46,708 bases of DNA, taken from IMG/VR virus record IMGVR_UViG_3300033076_000328, positions 1 to 46,708 of that record. One strand, written 5' to 3'. Below the pieces are notes generated by a model, which saw only the letters and a program-made list of their open reading frames with translations, did not search any database and was not told where the DNA came from. Positions 8,412 to 16,683 of this stretch are shown in pieces (positions within the stretch are counted from its first letter, which is position 1; each line of letters starts with the position of its first letter). The stretch is from a virus (lineage: Duplodnaviria; Caudoviricetes). A program made the translations under genes and the position numbers.

Positions 8412-8579
8412 TCACTTGAAAAGATTGAACACAAACTCACGCCCCATGCACTCACCAGCAAGGCGAGTCCCATCTGCTTGCACCCATGACTCGCCGCACC
8501 CACTGAGCCAATCGAAGGTGCCGACCGTCATCAGCAGTGCAAGAAAAACAATCAGAATGAAATGAATCAAAGTTCTCAT
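8412..8579 (-). CDS. Small membrane protein
   Basis: Hydrophobic N-terminus then WLSGCGE...GEC; AGGAGG RBS. Confidence 0.65.
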   Translation of the reverse strand: MRTLIHFILIVFLALLMTVGTFDWLSGCGESWVQADGTRLAGECMGREFVFNLFK

Positions 8580-8761
8580 GATGCCTCCTGTTGAAACTTG
8601 AGATTGAACCGAGCAGGGTCTACCCACATAAAGACCTTCCTGCCATCTGTTGACTGCACGTTGATCTGCTTGCCGTCATGACTGAGGTAGATGTACCTCT
8701 GCCTGCCGTGCAAGATAGCGCCCGTCTCCACGGGCTTGCCTTCTTGATTGACGATGATCAT
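8576..8761 (-). CDS. Hypothetical protein
   Basis: 61 aa ORF overlapping both neighbours. Confidence 0.65.
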   Translation of the reverse strand: MIIVNQEGKPVETGAILHGRQRYIYLSHDGKQINVQSTDGRKVFMWVDPARFNLKFQQEAS

Positions 8762-9558
8762 GCGACTTTCCTCCGGACAGTTTTGAGCAGTTGATTGAAT
8801 GCAGCAGCGCCGAGGTCTTCAACCTTATCCACGTTGACCGAGTCAACGAAGCAGTCGAGTACGTCAGGCGAGTTGATACCGATGGCAACGATGGTCACGC
8901 CGACTTTGTCTGCCAGCGTTTGCAGGTGCTGCATATGCGCCCTCATATACCCGTTGGCATCAGTGAGCAGGAACAGAATGCGGCGGTGCTCAGGGCGCTG
9001 AGACAGATCGTCGATGGCATTGGCAATCGCAGAGTAGTCAGGGGTGCCGCCCCATGCAGACGATTTGATGTACCCCAGCACAGGCGCAGATTGCAGCAGT
9101 GACTTGCCCCACGGTTTAAACGGGATGAACCGGGGTGACTCGACCCGACCGCCGCCCTCTAGGTATTCCTTCTTGCCCGTGTTGAAACCCGTTACACAGA
9201 AGGGCACCCGAGCCTTGTGCAGCAAATTCGACAGATGCACCGTGATGGTCTGGGCAACAACGATTTTGTTGGTGGTCTTGCCATCGTTCATCGATCCGGA
9301 GCAGTCGATCAGCACCGACACCGCCGAGGTCTCAGCCTCCACATACTGGCGGCGGCTGAACACGTTGGCAGACCCCGTTGCGAACTTGGTCAGAGCGCGG
9401 CGGTCCAGCCTGCCCGATTCTTCCGACTTGGACCAGCCCACAAAGTCCAGAGACCGGAGCAGGCGCTGCAAGTTGTTGCGAGTCATTCCCATGCCTCGCG
9501 GCACGTTAGCAAGGTCATCGGCGTACATAGCCTGACCCATAGATTTACTGATTTGCAT
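8758..9558 (-). CDS. vWA-domain protein (CobT C-terminal-like)
   Basis: SGRLDRRAL, MIDAS DCSGSM, GGTPD, LLTDANG, IVAIGI. Confidence 0.9.
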   Translation of the reverse strand: MQISKSMGQAMYADDLANVPRGMGMTRNNLQRLLRSLDFVGWSKSEESGRLDRRALTKFATGSANVFSRRQYVEAETSAVSVLIDCSGSMNDGKTTNKIVVAQTITVHLSNLLHKARVPFCVTGFNTGKKEYLEGGGRVESPRFIPFKPWGKSLLQSAPVLGYIKSSAWGGTPDYSAIANAIDDLSQRPEHRRILFLLTDANGYMRAHMQHLQTLADKVGVTIVAIGINSPDVLDCFVDSVNVDKVEDLGAAAFNQLLKTVRRKVA

Positions 9559-9567
9559 GAAGCCTCC

Positions 9568-10533
9568 TTAGATGAATTCGATAGGTGCCCAGATGGGCTT
9601 GCCGGGATGCGGTCTGGCGCGAAGGTCATCAGCCTTGGACCGGATGCCCTCGCACCGATTCTGAATCAGCCCGTCAGGCTCAACCTCCCTGCCCGTAGGC
9701 TCGGAGTGCCCAGAGCCGTTTTCCTCAGAACCCTTGTCTACCCCTTCCCCCGGCTCTTGCGCGTCTCCTGAGCCGTTCTGAGGGGTCTGAGGGGCATTCC
9801 CGGGCTGGTCCCCCGACTCCCCGGGTTGGGGGGGCTGATCAGATTGCCCGGGCTGGTCAGACTGTCCGGGCTGCTGCTCTTGCTGCTGCTGCTGTTGTTG
9901 CTTCCGGGTCTGCTTGAGCCTGTTGTAAAGCTCGATGGCGATCTGGGCGATGCGGTGAGTGTTCTTGGCGGCTTTGGCTGCTTTCAGAGCAGCGCGTATC
10001 TCGACCTTGTACGGTGATGCGCCGAGAACGGACGGTACGCACAGGTCGTAACCGTTTAAACGGCGACCCTCGATAGCCAGCATGAACGGGATGTTTTTGA
10101 AGTCGTCCGGTTCAACGTAGCCATCCTTGCGGAGGACTTGATTGACCAGAAATTCAAACAACGAAGCAGCGTTCGGTGCGTAGCCAGAGTCGATTACGCA
10201 CTGCTCGATGCGGGGGTCTTCCAGACCGTTGATCAGCTTGCCAACGTAGTCACCGTGCTGTGCCCGGGCGTTGTCCCAAGGCTCATCCTCGGTGAACCAT
10301 TTGTGTCCGAGTTCGTGCAGCGCGTAGCCGATGAACTCATTGAACATCGACTGCGATACAGGCTTGGTCTCATCGATCCCGGGGAACATGATGTAGGTCG
10401 TGTCGCTCTCAGTCTTGATGCCAGCGGTGGAACCCGACCAAGTGATAACCAGCTTGTCGAAGTCTCGGTTGCTGGCTTTGTAGATGCGCTCCAGAGTCGC
10501 CTCGACTCCGCGCTTTGCTTCCAGTGCAATCAT
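9568..10533 (-). CDS. CobT N-terminal-like / metallopeptidase-like protein with Q-rich linker
   Basis: LHELGHKWFT (HExxH), NGLEDPRIE; poly-Q and QPGQSD repeats. Confidence 0.8.
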   Translation of the reverse strand: MIALEAKRGVEATLERIYKASNRDFDKLVITWSGSTAGIKTESDTTYIMFPGIDETKPVSQSMFNEFIGYALHELGHKWFTEDEPWDNARAQHGDYVGKLINGLEDPRIEQCVIDSGYAPNAASLFEFLVNQVLRKDGYVEPDDFKNIPFMLAIEGRRLNGYDLCVPSVLGASPYKVEIRAALKAAKAAKNTHRIAQIAIELYNRLKQTRKQQQQQQQEQQPGQSDQPGQSDQPPQPGESGDQPGNAPQTPQNGSGDAQEPGEGVDKGSEENGSGHSEPTGREVEPDGLIQNRCEGIRSKADDLRARPHPGKPIWAPIEFI

Positions 10534-10542
10534 GGTGCCCCC

Positions 10543-11991
10543 TTACTTGGTGAGTGCGAGTTTGAAGTCGCGTTCGTTGATATGTGACGCATACACGCCA
10601 GCCAGTTCTACGGCGCAGTCGCTCGGGAACTTGTTGACGATGGCGTTGTTGAATGCAGCCTGTACAGGCATACCCTTCTTGACCGCCCGTGCCCATGCCA
10701 GCAGTTGGCGCAGCGAGGGGGGCTGAGTCAGCAGCCCTGCGCGAGCCTTCTCGCGTGCCACATTGGCGAACTTGACGATCATCCGAGCAGCGTCGAGCGT
10801 GATGCCCGTGCGGCTGACCAGCAGACCGATCTCATCGTCCTCGGGCAGGTAGTCGAACATCAGCGTGAAGCTGAAGCGGTCGATAAAGGCGCTGTTCTGT
10901 TCGCGAACACCAGCGAAGTTGCCAGAGGCATCACCGTGCCCGTTGCTGTTGTCGGCGCAGAAGAAGGCAACGTGGGAGGCGACAGGGATGCGCTCGCCCG
11001 TCTCGCTGATGGTGATGGCGCGGTGCGGGGAGCGTTCGCACAGGGCGTGAAGGGCAGACAGAGACTGCGCCCGGGCGAATCCGATCTCATCGAGCAGCAC
11101 CAGCGCACCGGGGTGCTTGATAGCCTGAGTGATGATCCCGGGCTTCCAGACAACCGAGCCAGACTCGATGCTATTGCCGCCGATGAAGTCGGCACGTTCC
11201 AGAGCCTCATCGAAGTTGACCCGGAACAGGCGGCGCTTCAGACGCGCTGCAAGCTGAGTCACGAACTCCGACTTGCCGGTGCCTCGCTCGCCTGCCAGCC
11301 AAGTGTTGTCCGGGAGGGGATCGTCTAGGGCAATCAGAGCCTGATGCAGGTGCTCAGGGTTGAAGACGTAGTCATCGACCACGGCGGGGGCTTGCGGGTC
11401 ATTCCAGACGGTGACTTCCATGCTGCCGAAGTCCTCGCCAGAGTAGACGCAAGCAGCGTCCCCGAATACGTCCTTGGCGGGGGCAACAGTAAACGATGGC
11501 AGGGCGTTGGCGATGGTCTTGAGTTGCTGCTCGGTGGCTTTCTGGCGGAAAGAGTCGAACAGGGCAGAGACTTGCTGCGCGACCTCGTTGCTGATGCGAG
11601 CGGGGTCTGGCTTGCTGATGGAGTCAACCCGGGCGACCAGAGACTCAGACAGGTTGCGGAACTCGGTCTGCATCGAGTTGGTCATGGACCGGACAGAGGC
11701 AGACAGGGTGCCGACCTCACGCAGGGCGGTCTCTGCACTCTGCAAGGCGTTGACTGCCTGAGTGCTGGCACCGTTGACTTTGCTGCGGAGGTCGTTATCG
11801 ATCTTACTGGTGACGACAGGCGCAGGTTTGACGTTGAGCACGTTGTCCCAGTTTGCGATGCCACTGTCGATCAAGGCGCGTACAGCAGCCTTAGCGGCTT
11901 TTTTGTCGTCGATGGGAACCTGACTGTGCTGCACCAGCACGGTGTTGAGTTGCACCAGCGAGAGCAGGGCGAGACGTTGTTCGTAGTTCAT
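10543..11991 (-). CDS. MoxR/CbbQ/CobS-type AAA+ ATPase
   Basis: Walker A GERGTGKS, Walker B LLDEI, NSAFIDRF, PSLRQLLAW. Confidence 0.9.
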   Translation of the reverse strand: MNYEQRLALLSLVQLNTVLVQHSQVPIDDKKAAKAAVRALIDSGIANWDNVLNVKPAPVVTSKIDNDLRSKVNGASTQAVNALQSAETALREVGTLSASVRSMTNSMQTEFRNLSESLVARVDSISKPDPARISNEVAQQVSALFDSFRQKATEQQLKTIANALPSFTVAPAKDVFGDAACVYSGEDFGSMEVTVWNDPQAPAVVDDYVFNPEHLHQALIALDDPLPDNTWLAGERGTGKSEFVTQLAARLKRRLFRVNFDEALERADFIGGNSIESGSVVWKPGIITQAIKHPGALVLLDEIGFARAQSLSALHALCERSPHRAITISETGERIPVASHVAFFCADNSNGHGDASGNFAGVREQNSAFIDRFSFTLMFDYLPEDDEIGLLVSRTGITLDAARMIVKFANVAREKARAGLLTQPPSLRQLLAWARAVKKGMPVQAAFNNAIVNKFPSDCAVELAGVYASHINERDFKLALTK

Positions 11992-12008
11992 GGTTAGCCT
12001 CCGTTGAA

Positions 12009-12575
12009 TTACAGGGAAAGGGTGTTGCGGTCATTCGGGCAGGTCGGCAGACCTTGATTTGCCCAGTACTGAGACAGGCGCACCGTGTACCCGCAGGACG
12101 GGCAGGATGCTTTGAGCATCCGGGTTGTTTGCTTCTTCCTCACTGCCTCGATGTTTAAACGGGCGTGAGGGTACTCTCCGAGACCTGCCATCAGGTTCGC
12201 AAAGTTCTGTCGGAAGGTATCCCCTGCAACCGTAGCAGTGGGCTTGCCTTCTAGCCAAAGTGAGCGGACGCAGCGGGTGAACTCTTTGCCGTGACCGTCA
12301 CCGTCTGTAGCAGCGTGAGCCAGTTCGTGGACCAGCGTAGCAAACACTTGCACGGGGTCATCGACAACCGGGGAGATCAAGATCTCATGGTGCTGGTCGG
12401 TGCTGGCTTTGGGGGACCAGTGCTCACCGATGAATCGGTTGTTGGCACGGGCGCGGCTGGAGGGGAACCCGCAGGTCACCCGGATGCGCTCGGGCAGGGG
12501 GAACCCGTTGCTGTCGAAGATGGACCGAAGTTCCTCGACGGCGGCGTTGAGCCATTCCTCGCGGATGGTATGCAT
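12009..12575 (-). CDS. SprT-like zinc metalloprotease with C-terminal zinc ribbon
   Basis: LVHELAH...GHGKEF; CPSCGY..R...CP; start at ATG 12575 after AAGGAG. Confidence 0.8.
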   Translation of the reverse strand: MHTIREEWLNAAVEELRSIFDSNGFPLPERIRVTCGFPSSRARANNRFIGEHWSPKASTDQHHEILISPVVDDPVQVFATLVHELAHAATDGDGHGKEFTRCVRSLWLEGKPTATVAGDTFRQNFANLMAGLGEYPHARLNIEAVRKKQTTRMLKASCPSCGYTVRLSQYWANQGLPTCPNDRNTLSL

Positions 12576-12577
12576 AG

Positions 12578-12685
12578 TCACTCCTTGTTGCGGTGCTTGG
12601 GTTGTCGGATGTACTTGGTTCTTACGGTGTGTCTGCCAGCCCCGCTGGAGCGGGAGTGCTTGGCAACGAAGTTGCGGGGTCTCAT
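12578..12685 (-). CDS. 35 aa basic peptide (not in the ORF track)
   Basis: MRPRNFVAKHSRSSGAGRHTVRTKYIRQPKHRNKE with AGGAGG RBS; fills the gap exactly. Confidence 0.7.
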   Translation of the reverse strand: MRPRNFVAKHSRSSGAGRHTVRTKYIRQPKHRNKE

Positions 12686-12903
12686 GGTGCCTCCTGAGTT
12701 GCACGAACCTCTTGAGGGTGCAAGAGGAAAACACCCGGGCACAGGTCATCGACCCTGTACCCACGGCGGCGCAGCGCCGCAATCGTCGAGAACGACCAAG
12801 GCTTGTACAGCCCGGTCTCCATGTACAGGCATCCGTTGCCGCTGCTCTGGTTGCCCCCCTGTGCCAACAGGCGCAGGGCATCATTGATTTTGAGATGGCT
12901 CAT
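12682..12903 (-). CDS. Hypothetical early protein
   Basis: AGGAGG RBS; coupled to the next ORF. Confidence 0.6.
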   Translation of the reverse strand: MSHLKINDALRLLAQGGNQSSGNGCLYMETGLYKPWSFSTIAALRRRGYRVDDLCPGVFLLHPQEVRATQEAP

Positions 12904-12905
12904 GT

Positions 12906-13118
12906 TCAAACCTCCTGAGTTGAATTGCGGGACTCATGCGGTTCGCGGCAGATGCCCTGCCCGATGAGGTCGGACGCAGTGCGCCCAAACCAGCCCTGCA
13001 GTTTCCAAGCGAGACCTGAGTCGATCAGGTATTGCCAAGCGGCGATGAAGGTTTCATCGTCAGCCTCGATCCAGCCCTCTGCGATGCCGACTGCGTTCAT
13101 GGGGTTGAGTGCGCTCAT
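12906..13118 (-). CDS. Hypothetical early protein
   Basis: AWQYLIDSGLAWKLQGWFGRTA, a common phage early-gene pattern. Confidence 0.75.
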   Translation of the reverse strand: MSALNPMNAVGIAEGWIEADDETFIAAWQYLIDSGLAWKLQGWFGRTASDLIGQGICREPHESRNSTQEV

Positions 13119-13139
13119 GCTGCCTCCTGAGTTGAATGG

Positions 13140-13352
13140 TTAGTACAAGTTGCTCTGTCCACGGGCTTGGTACGAGGCGCTGACGCGCTCTTCGTACTGA
13201 TCCTCTTGCTGGTCTTGGAAGTCCTGCCACTCGCGTTCCTGCGCTGCTTCCTCTGCGTAGAGACGGTCAGAGAAGCCGCCCTCGACCAGAGTGCCGTTGA
13301 CGTACACGCCCCAACGGAGTGGGGATTGTTCACGGACGGTGATCTTGTTCAC
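13140..13352 (-). CDS. Acidic first gene of the early operon
   Basis: GTG start at 13352 after AGGAGG; WGVYVNGTLVEGGF, D/E/Q-rich tail. Confidence 0.65.
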   Translation of the reverse strand: MNKITVREQSPLRWGVYVNGTLVEGGFSDRLYAEEAAQEREWQDFQDQQEDQYEERVSASYQARGQSNLY

Positions 13353-13359
13353 TTTGTAG

Positions 13360-13745
13360 CCTCCTGTGTGATGCGGGATTGCATCCACAAGCACACTGCA
13401 AACCAATGTGCTTGAAGGGAAATCCCTTGCCGCCCTTATCCACGAGGGCGAAGCATGGGGTGAGAGCCTTGCCATCTGTGCGCCGGTTGGGCGCGGTGCG
13501 TTGCACTGTGCTTGCTCCCCTGAAGGTGTAGGTGGGTGAGCGTGAGAGGTGCTTGCACCGTGGTAGGTGTCTCACTAGGTGATGAGGGCTGGTTGCTTCC
13601 TGTCGGTCCCCTGAGTGTGTAGGTGGGTGACCAGTCGGAAGCCGTGTACCTCACCGGCTTTCCTGCTCGGGCATAGAGTGGTTGCGAGTCACTCATCGAA
13701 GCCGTCCTGTGGGGATGGTGTTTCCCCCTCCCCGAAGGGAAACCA
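13360..13745 (-). ncRNA. Long structured leader / ncRNA of the early operon
   Basis: 5' UUCG hairpin, two 28-nt covarying hairpin repeats (13514-13541, 13605-13632), pseudoknot at 13370-13426. Confidence 0.55.
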
Positions 13746-13746
13746 G

Positions 13747-13776
13747 AGTTTAAACGCACAAAAGCACGAACGTCAA
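13747..13776 (-). promoter_or_regulatory. Putative leftward early sigma70 promoter
   Basis: Minus strand TTGACG-N18-TAAACT; the -10 lies in a GTTTAAAC site. Confidence 0.55.
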
Positions 13777-13985
13777 CCCCATGCAAGCATCAGACTGAAA
13801 AACTGTTGTTTTCCCTCTGTAGACCAATCCCGAGTACTTTGTGGGGTTATTACTTGCCCGGGGGGATGCCCGAAGGGCGAACAGACTTGACAGGTCGTGT
13901 AAACAGAGCGAAGGTAAGGGGTAGGTACTCTGAGTGCAGAAGAAGTGCTCAGAGGGGCAATAAAGGGCTTACAGAGGGTGATTTG

Positions 13986-14606
13986 ATGAACCGGGACAAA
14001 CTGATCGAGATGCTGGAGAGCGACACAAGCACGACCGAGGAGATCGACACAAGCACCGAGCCGCCGGGGAAACCACTGAGCGAAGCGGAACGGGCAGTTC
14101 TGAAGATCCAAGAGACAAAGACCCCTACAGGAAAGATATGGGGAGTAAAGAGAGAGCAAAGAGAAAAGAAGCTCACCCCTCAGATGCAATGCTTCGTCAA
14201 CGCAATACTGGCAGGTCAAACAAAGGTCGAGGCGTACAAGAGCGCATACAACGTCCGAACCAACTCAGAAGCAATGATGGTCGCCAACGCGAACAAGCTC
14301 CTGAAGGATTCGAGGATAGCTGCACTACTGGGGTCTCTCGATGATGCCCTCAAAGAAAAGGTCATCGATGACGCAGTGAAGACCCGCAGGTTCGTCATGG
14401 AGCGTTTACACGCCCGGGTGATGGCAGCCAAGACCGAGAGTGCAGAACTCAAAGCACTGGAACTCATGGGCAGGGCGGTGGCTATGTTCACCGACAACGT
14501 GGACCAGAAGGTGCGGCAGATCGACACAAACCAACTCAAAGAGGAACTCCGATCTCACCTGACCCTGCTGGAGAACGTGGTGCCACTTGAGAAGCGCACT
14601 GCCTAG
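13986..14606 (+). CDS. terS: Terminase small subunit
   Basis: KLTPQMQCFVNAILAGQTKVEAYKSAY...ANKLLKDSRI HTH and KALELMGRAVAMFTD. Confidence 0.8.
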   Translation: MNRDKLIEMLESDTSTTEEIDTSTEPPGKPLSEAERAVLKIQETKTPTGKIWGVKREQREKKLTPQMQCFVNAILAGQTKVEAYKSAYNVRTNSEAMMVANANKLLKDSRIAALLGSLDDALKEKVIDDAVKTRRFVMERLHARVMAAKTESAELKALELMGRAVAMFTDNVDQKVRQIDTNQLKEELRSHLTLLENVVPLEKRTA

Positions 14607-14816
14607 CATAGGCACAGCGTGATGCGTGGGCAGGTACAGGCACACGCTGGCACAGATCAGCGGCTCTCAGTGGCTCTTGGTGGCTGTGACCCCGGTGCTT
14701 GTGGGCGTGGGCGGGTAGGCGACCCCCACCCACCCGGCACCCCCCTGTACACGCCAAGCCACCCCTCCACCCTATACACTCTATTCCACACATTCCCCAC
14801 CACTCACCACTAACCA

Positions 14817-14828
14817 GAACGCTCGTTC
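14817..14828. promoter_or_regulatory. GAAC-N4-GTTC operator-like palindrome
   Basis: aGAACgctcGTTCg in non-coding DNA. Confidence 0.5.
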
Positions 14829-15024
14829 GGGGGGCGTTAGGCAGACATCAGAGGATGCGGCACTCCGGGGCTTTTTCTGCCTTCGACCCGGGCTTTGTTG
14901 AGCCGTTAAATCTGGTCCCCCACCCTTGTTGGGAAAGTTGGGAAGGATTGCTGGGGCAGTGATCTTGGGATGATTGCTGGGAAATGGCTTTTGTGACCCC
15001 CGGGGGGGTATATATAAATGGGTG

Positions 15025-15053
15025 TTGACAGGAACGTCTGTTCTTAGTAAAGT
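15025..15053 (+). promoter_or_regulatory. Sigma70 promoter with GAAC-N4-GTTC box in the spacer
   Basis: TTGACA-N17-TAAAGT; GAACgtctGTTC at 15032-15043; AAGGAGG RBS follows. Confidence 0.75.
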
Positions 15054-15078
15054 TCTGTTCACACAAGGAGGCTTTTGT

Positions 15079-15324
15079 ATGAAATTGATGGTAGAGCATA
15101 GTGCTCAGGTGAAGAAGAGGGGCACACCTAAGCCGAAGGGGATGTCTATCAAGAAGGTTCCAGAGGATGTCAGGAAGGTCATGGAAGAGACGGCATTGAA
15201 TGTTTTCACTGACATGGTCAATTCGGGGGCTTCTTTGCAGCAGACATTGGCAGCGATTTACTTGTCTGGCATAGAGAACGCTATGGCGATATGGAGGGAA
15301 CATGAATCGCAAAGAACTCAGTGA
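15079..15324 (+). CDS. Hypothetical protein
   Basis: ATG 15079 after AAGGAGG. Confidence 0.7.
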   Translation: MKLMVEHSAQVKKRGTPKPKGMSIKKVPEDVRKVMEETALNVFTDMVNSGASLQQTLAAIYLSGIENAMAIWREHESQRTQ

Positions 15325-15580
15325 GCTTTTGGACTTGTGCGGGTTAACCCCTATGAGTCTGATGACTTGGAATGGGAAGACCCATGTTCATGTGGATGAC
15401 TGCATTGATGGGGATATAGCTGCTTTGGTTCAGTTTGTCAGGATTGTTGAGAAGAAGAAGGCAGAGGAGATTGCAGAGTTGGTGGAGAAGATGGGCATAG
15501 AGGGGTATGGGACTTTGGCGATTGCTGCTGCTATCAGGGGCAAGCCAGAGATGTTGTTTGATGATTGGGGATGGAAATGA
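15302..15580 (+). CDS. Hypothetical protein
   Basis: EGYGTLAIAAAIR accessory-gene motif. Confidence 0.65.
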   Translation: MNRKELSELLDLCGLTPMSLMTWNGKTHVHVDDCIDGDIAALVQFVRIVEKKKAEEIAELVEKMGIEGYGTLAIAAAIRGKPEMLFDDWGWK

Positions 15581-15747
15581 AGAAGACGATTCCTTGGATA
15601 CCTGTTGGGCACCCGGAGTTCAAATGGACCTCTGGATCAGATGTTCAGAAGACTTGGAGGAAGTACGGCTGGACTCCCCCCAGTGAGAAGAGGACACCTT
15701 TTGTGGAGCCTGTAAAAGAGCCTGAGTGGATCAGGAGGGTCAAATGA
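15577..15747 (+). CDS. Hypothetical protein
   Basis: SDVQKTWRKYGWTPPSE; ATGA-coupled. Confidence 0.7.
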   Translation: MKKTIPWIPVGHPEFKWTSGSDVQKTWRKYGWTPPSEKRTPFVEPVKEPEWIRRVK

Positions 15748-15959
15748 CTGATAAAACAGGTGGGCCAGCGTTTCCTCGGTCGGGAGATTTCAATCCTCAA
15801 ACAGGCATGACCCTGCGTGACTACTTTGCGGCTAAAACGATGTCGTCTTACCTTGCCCGTCCAAATCTTCCAATCAACGTCAGCGATGAGGAACTTGCTT
15901 TTGCTTGCTATGACATGGCAGATGCCATGCTTAAGGCAAGAGCCAAATGTAAGAGTTAA
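15744..15959 (+). CDS. Hypothetical protein (GGPAFP...GMTLRDYFAAK family)
   Basis: Recognisable phage motif ending YDMADAMLKAR. Confidence 0.8.
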   Translation: MTDKTGGPAFPRSGDFNPQTGMTLRDYFAAKTMSSYLARPNLPINVSDEELAFACYDMADAMLKARAKCKS

Positions 15960-15962
15960 GGA

Positions 15963-16169
15963 GTGAAAATGTTTCAAATTGAGAAAAATGTTCCATTGCC
16001 CAAGAAGTACCCGTTTGATGAGATGGAGGTAGGAGACTCTTTTGAGCTTCTCGACACCATGAAAAGGAACACGGTCAACATTGCCGCGAGACGGTATGGG
16101 GATAAAACGGGCAAGAAGTTTGTAGTCAGGACCAAGGATAAGAAATTGCGCTGCTGGAGGCTGGCATGA
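15963..16169 (+). CDS. Small putative DNA-binding protein
   Basis: IEKNVPLP..KYPFDEMEVGDSF...LRCWR. Confidence 0.7.
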   Translation: MKMFQIEKNVPLPKKYPFDEMEVGDSFELLDTMKRNTVNIAARRYGDKTGKKFVVRTKDKKLRCWRLA

Positions 16170-16540
16170 AAGGAAACCAGATTCTGGAGCTTTGGAGGCA
16201 ACACAAGGAGGTCTTGTCCTTCTCCAAAGCATTGCTTTCGGCAGAAAGACAAGCCTGCGCCCGACTGGCAGAAGAAAATGAGAAGAAGTTTGAACTCAGG
16301 CAGATCAAGAATCAGTGGGTCTGGGTCAGCCCCGCAGCAGAAGCCATTAAGGAACGAGACATGGATGATGATATTCAGGACTACAAAAAGGAATGGGTAA
16401 GCATTACAGAGGAAGAGGTTGAAAGCATTTTCAATCAGGTCGAGTGGATCATGAAGCTGGACTTCGATCAAGACCGCCCCCTCTGGTGCATGACCTTTGC
16501 TCAACTGGTAGACAAGAAACTCAAAGACAAAAATTCATGA
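16166..16540 (+). CDS. Hypothetical accessory protein
   Basis: AERQACARLAE and EWVSITEEE modules. Confidence 0.65.
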   Translation: MKGNQILELWRQHKEVLSFSKALLSAERQACARLAEENEKKFELRQIKNQWVWVSPAAEAIKERDMDDDIQDYKKEWVSITEEEVESIFNQVEWIMKLDFDQDRPLWCMTFAQLVDKKLKDKNS

Positions 16541-16683
16541 AATGCCCTCTTTGTGGTGCCCCCACAGATGTCAAAGAAACCAAGACCCAAGACGGAATAC
16601 CCATAAGGAGACGACATTGCTACAACAACCATTCATTCCGGACCAAGGAAATCCCGATCAGCCAGCCCAAGCCAAAAAGATAG
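16537..16683 (+). CDS. Zinc-ribbon protein (NrdR N-terminal-like)
   Basis: MKCPLCGAPTDVKET...RRRHCYNNHSFRTKE. Confidence 0.7.
   Translation: MKCPLCGAPTDVKETKTQDGIPIRRRHCYNNHSFRTKEIPISQPKPKR

Noticed and set aside
9568-9570. Stop-codon reassignment
   Set aside because: TAA, TAG and TGA all end clear genes throughout; coding density is normal with the standard code
12576-12884. N-terminal extensions in the ORF track (12009..12884, 3076..4107, 13806..14606)
   Set aside because: Better starts with RBS lie downstream, and the extensions overlap other genes or promoters
13514-13632. Mini CRISPR array
   Set aside because: Only two repeats, 63 nt apart, with a structured intervening sequence and no cas genes; the nuclease at 3076 is an ordinary phage recombination exonuclease
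13360-13745. CsrA/RsmA sponge RNA (several CAGGA motifs)
   Set aside because: Few motifs, mostly not in hairpin loops, and one is simply the RBS
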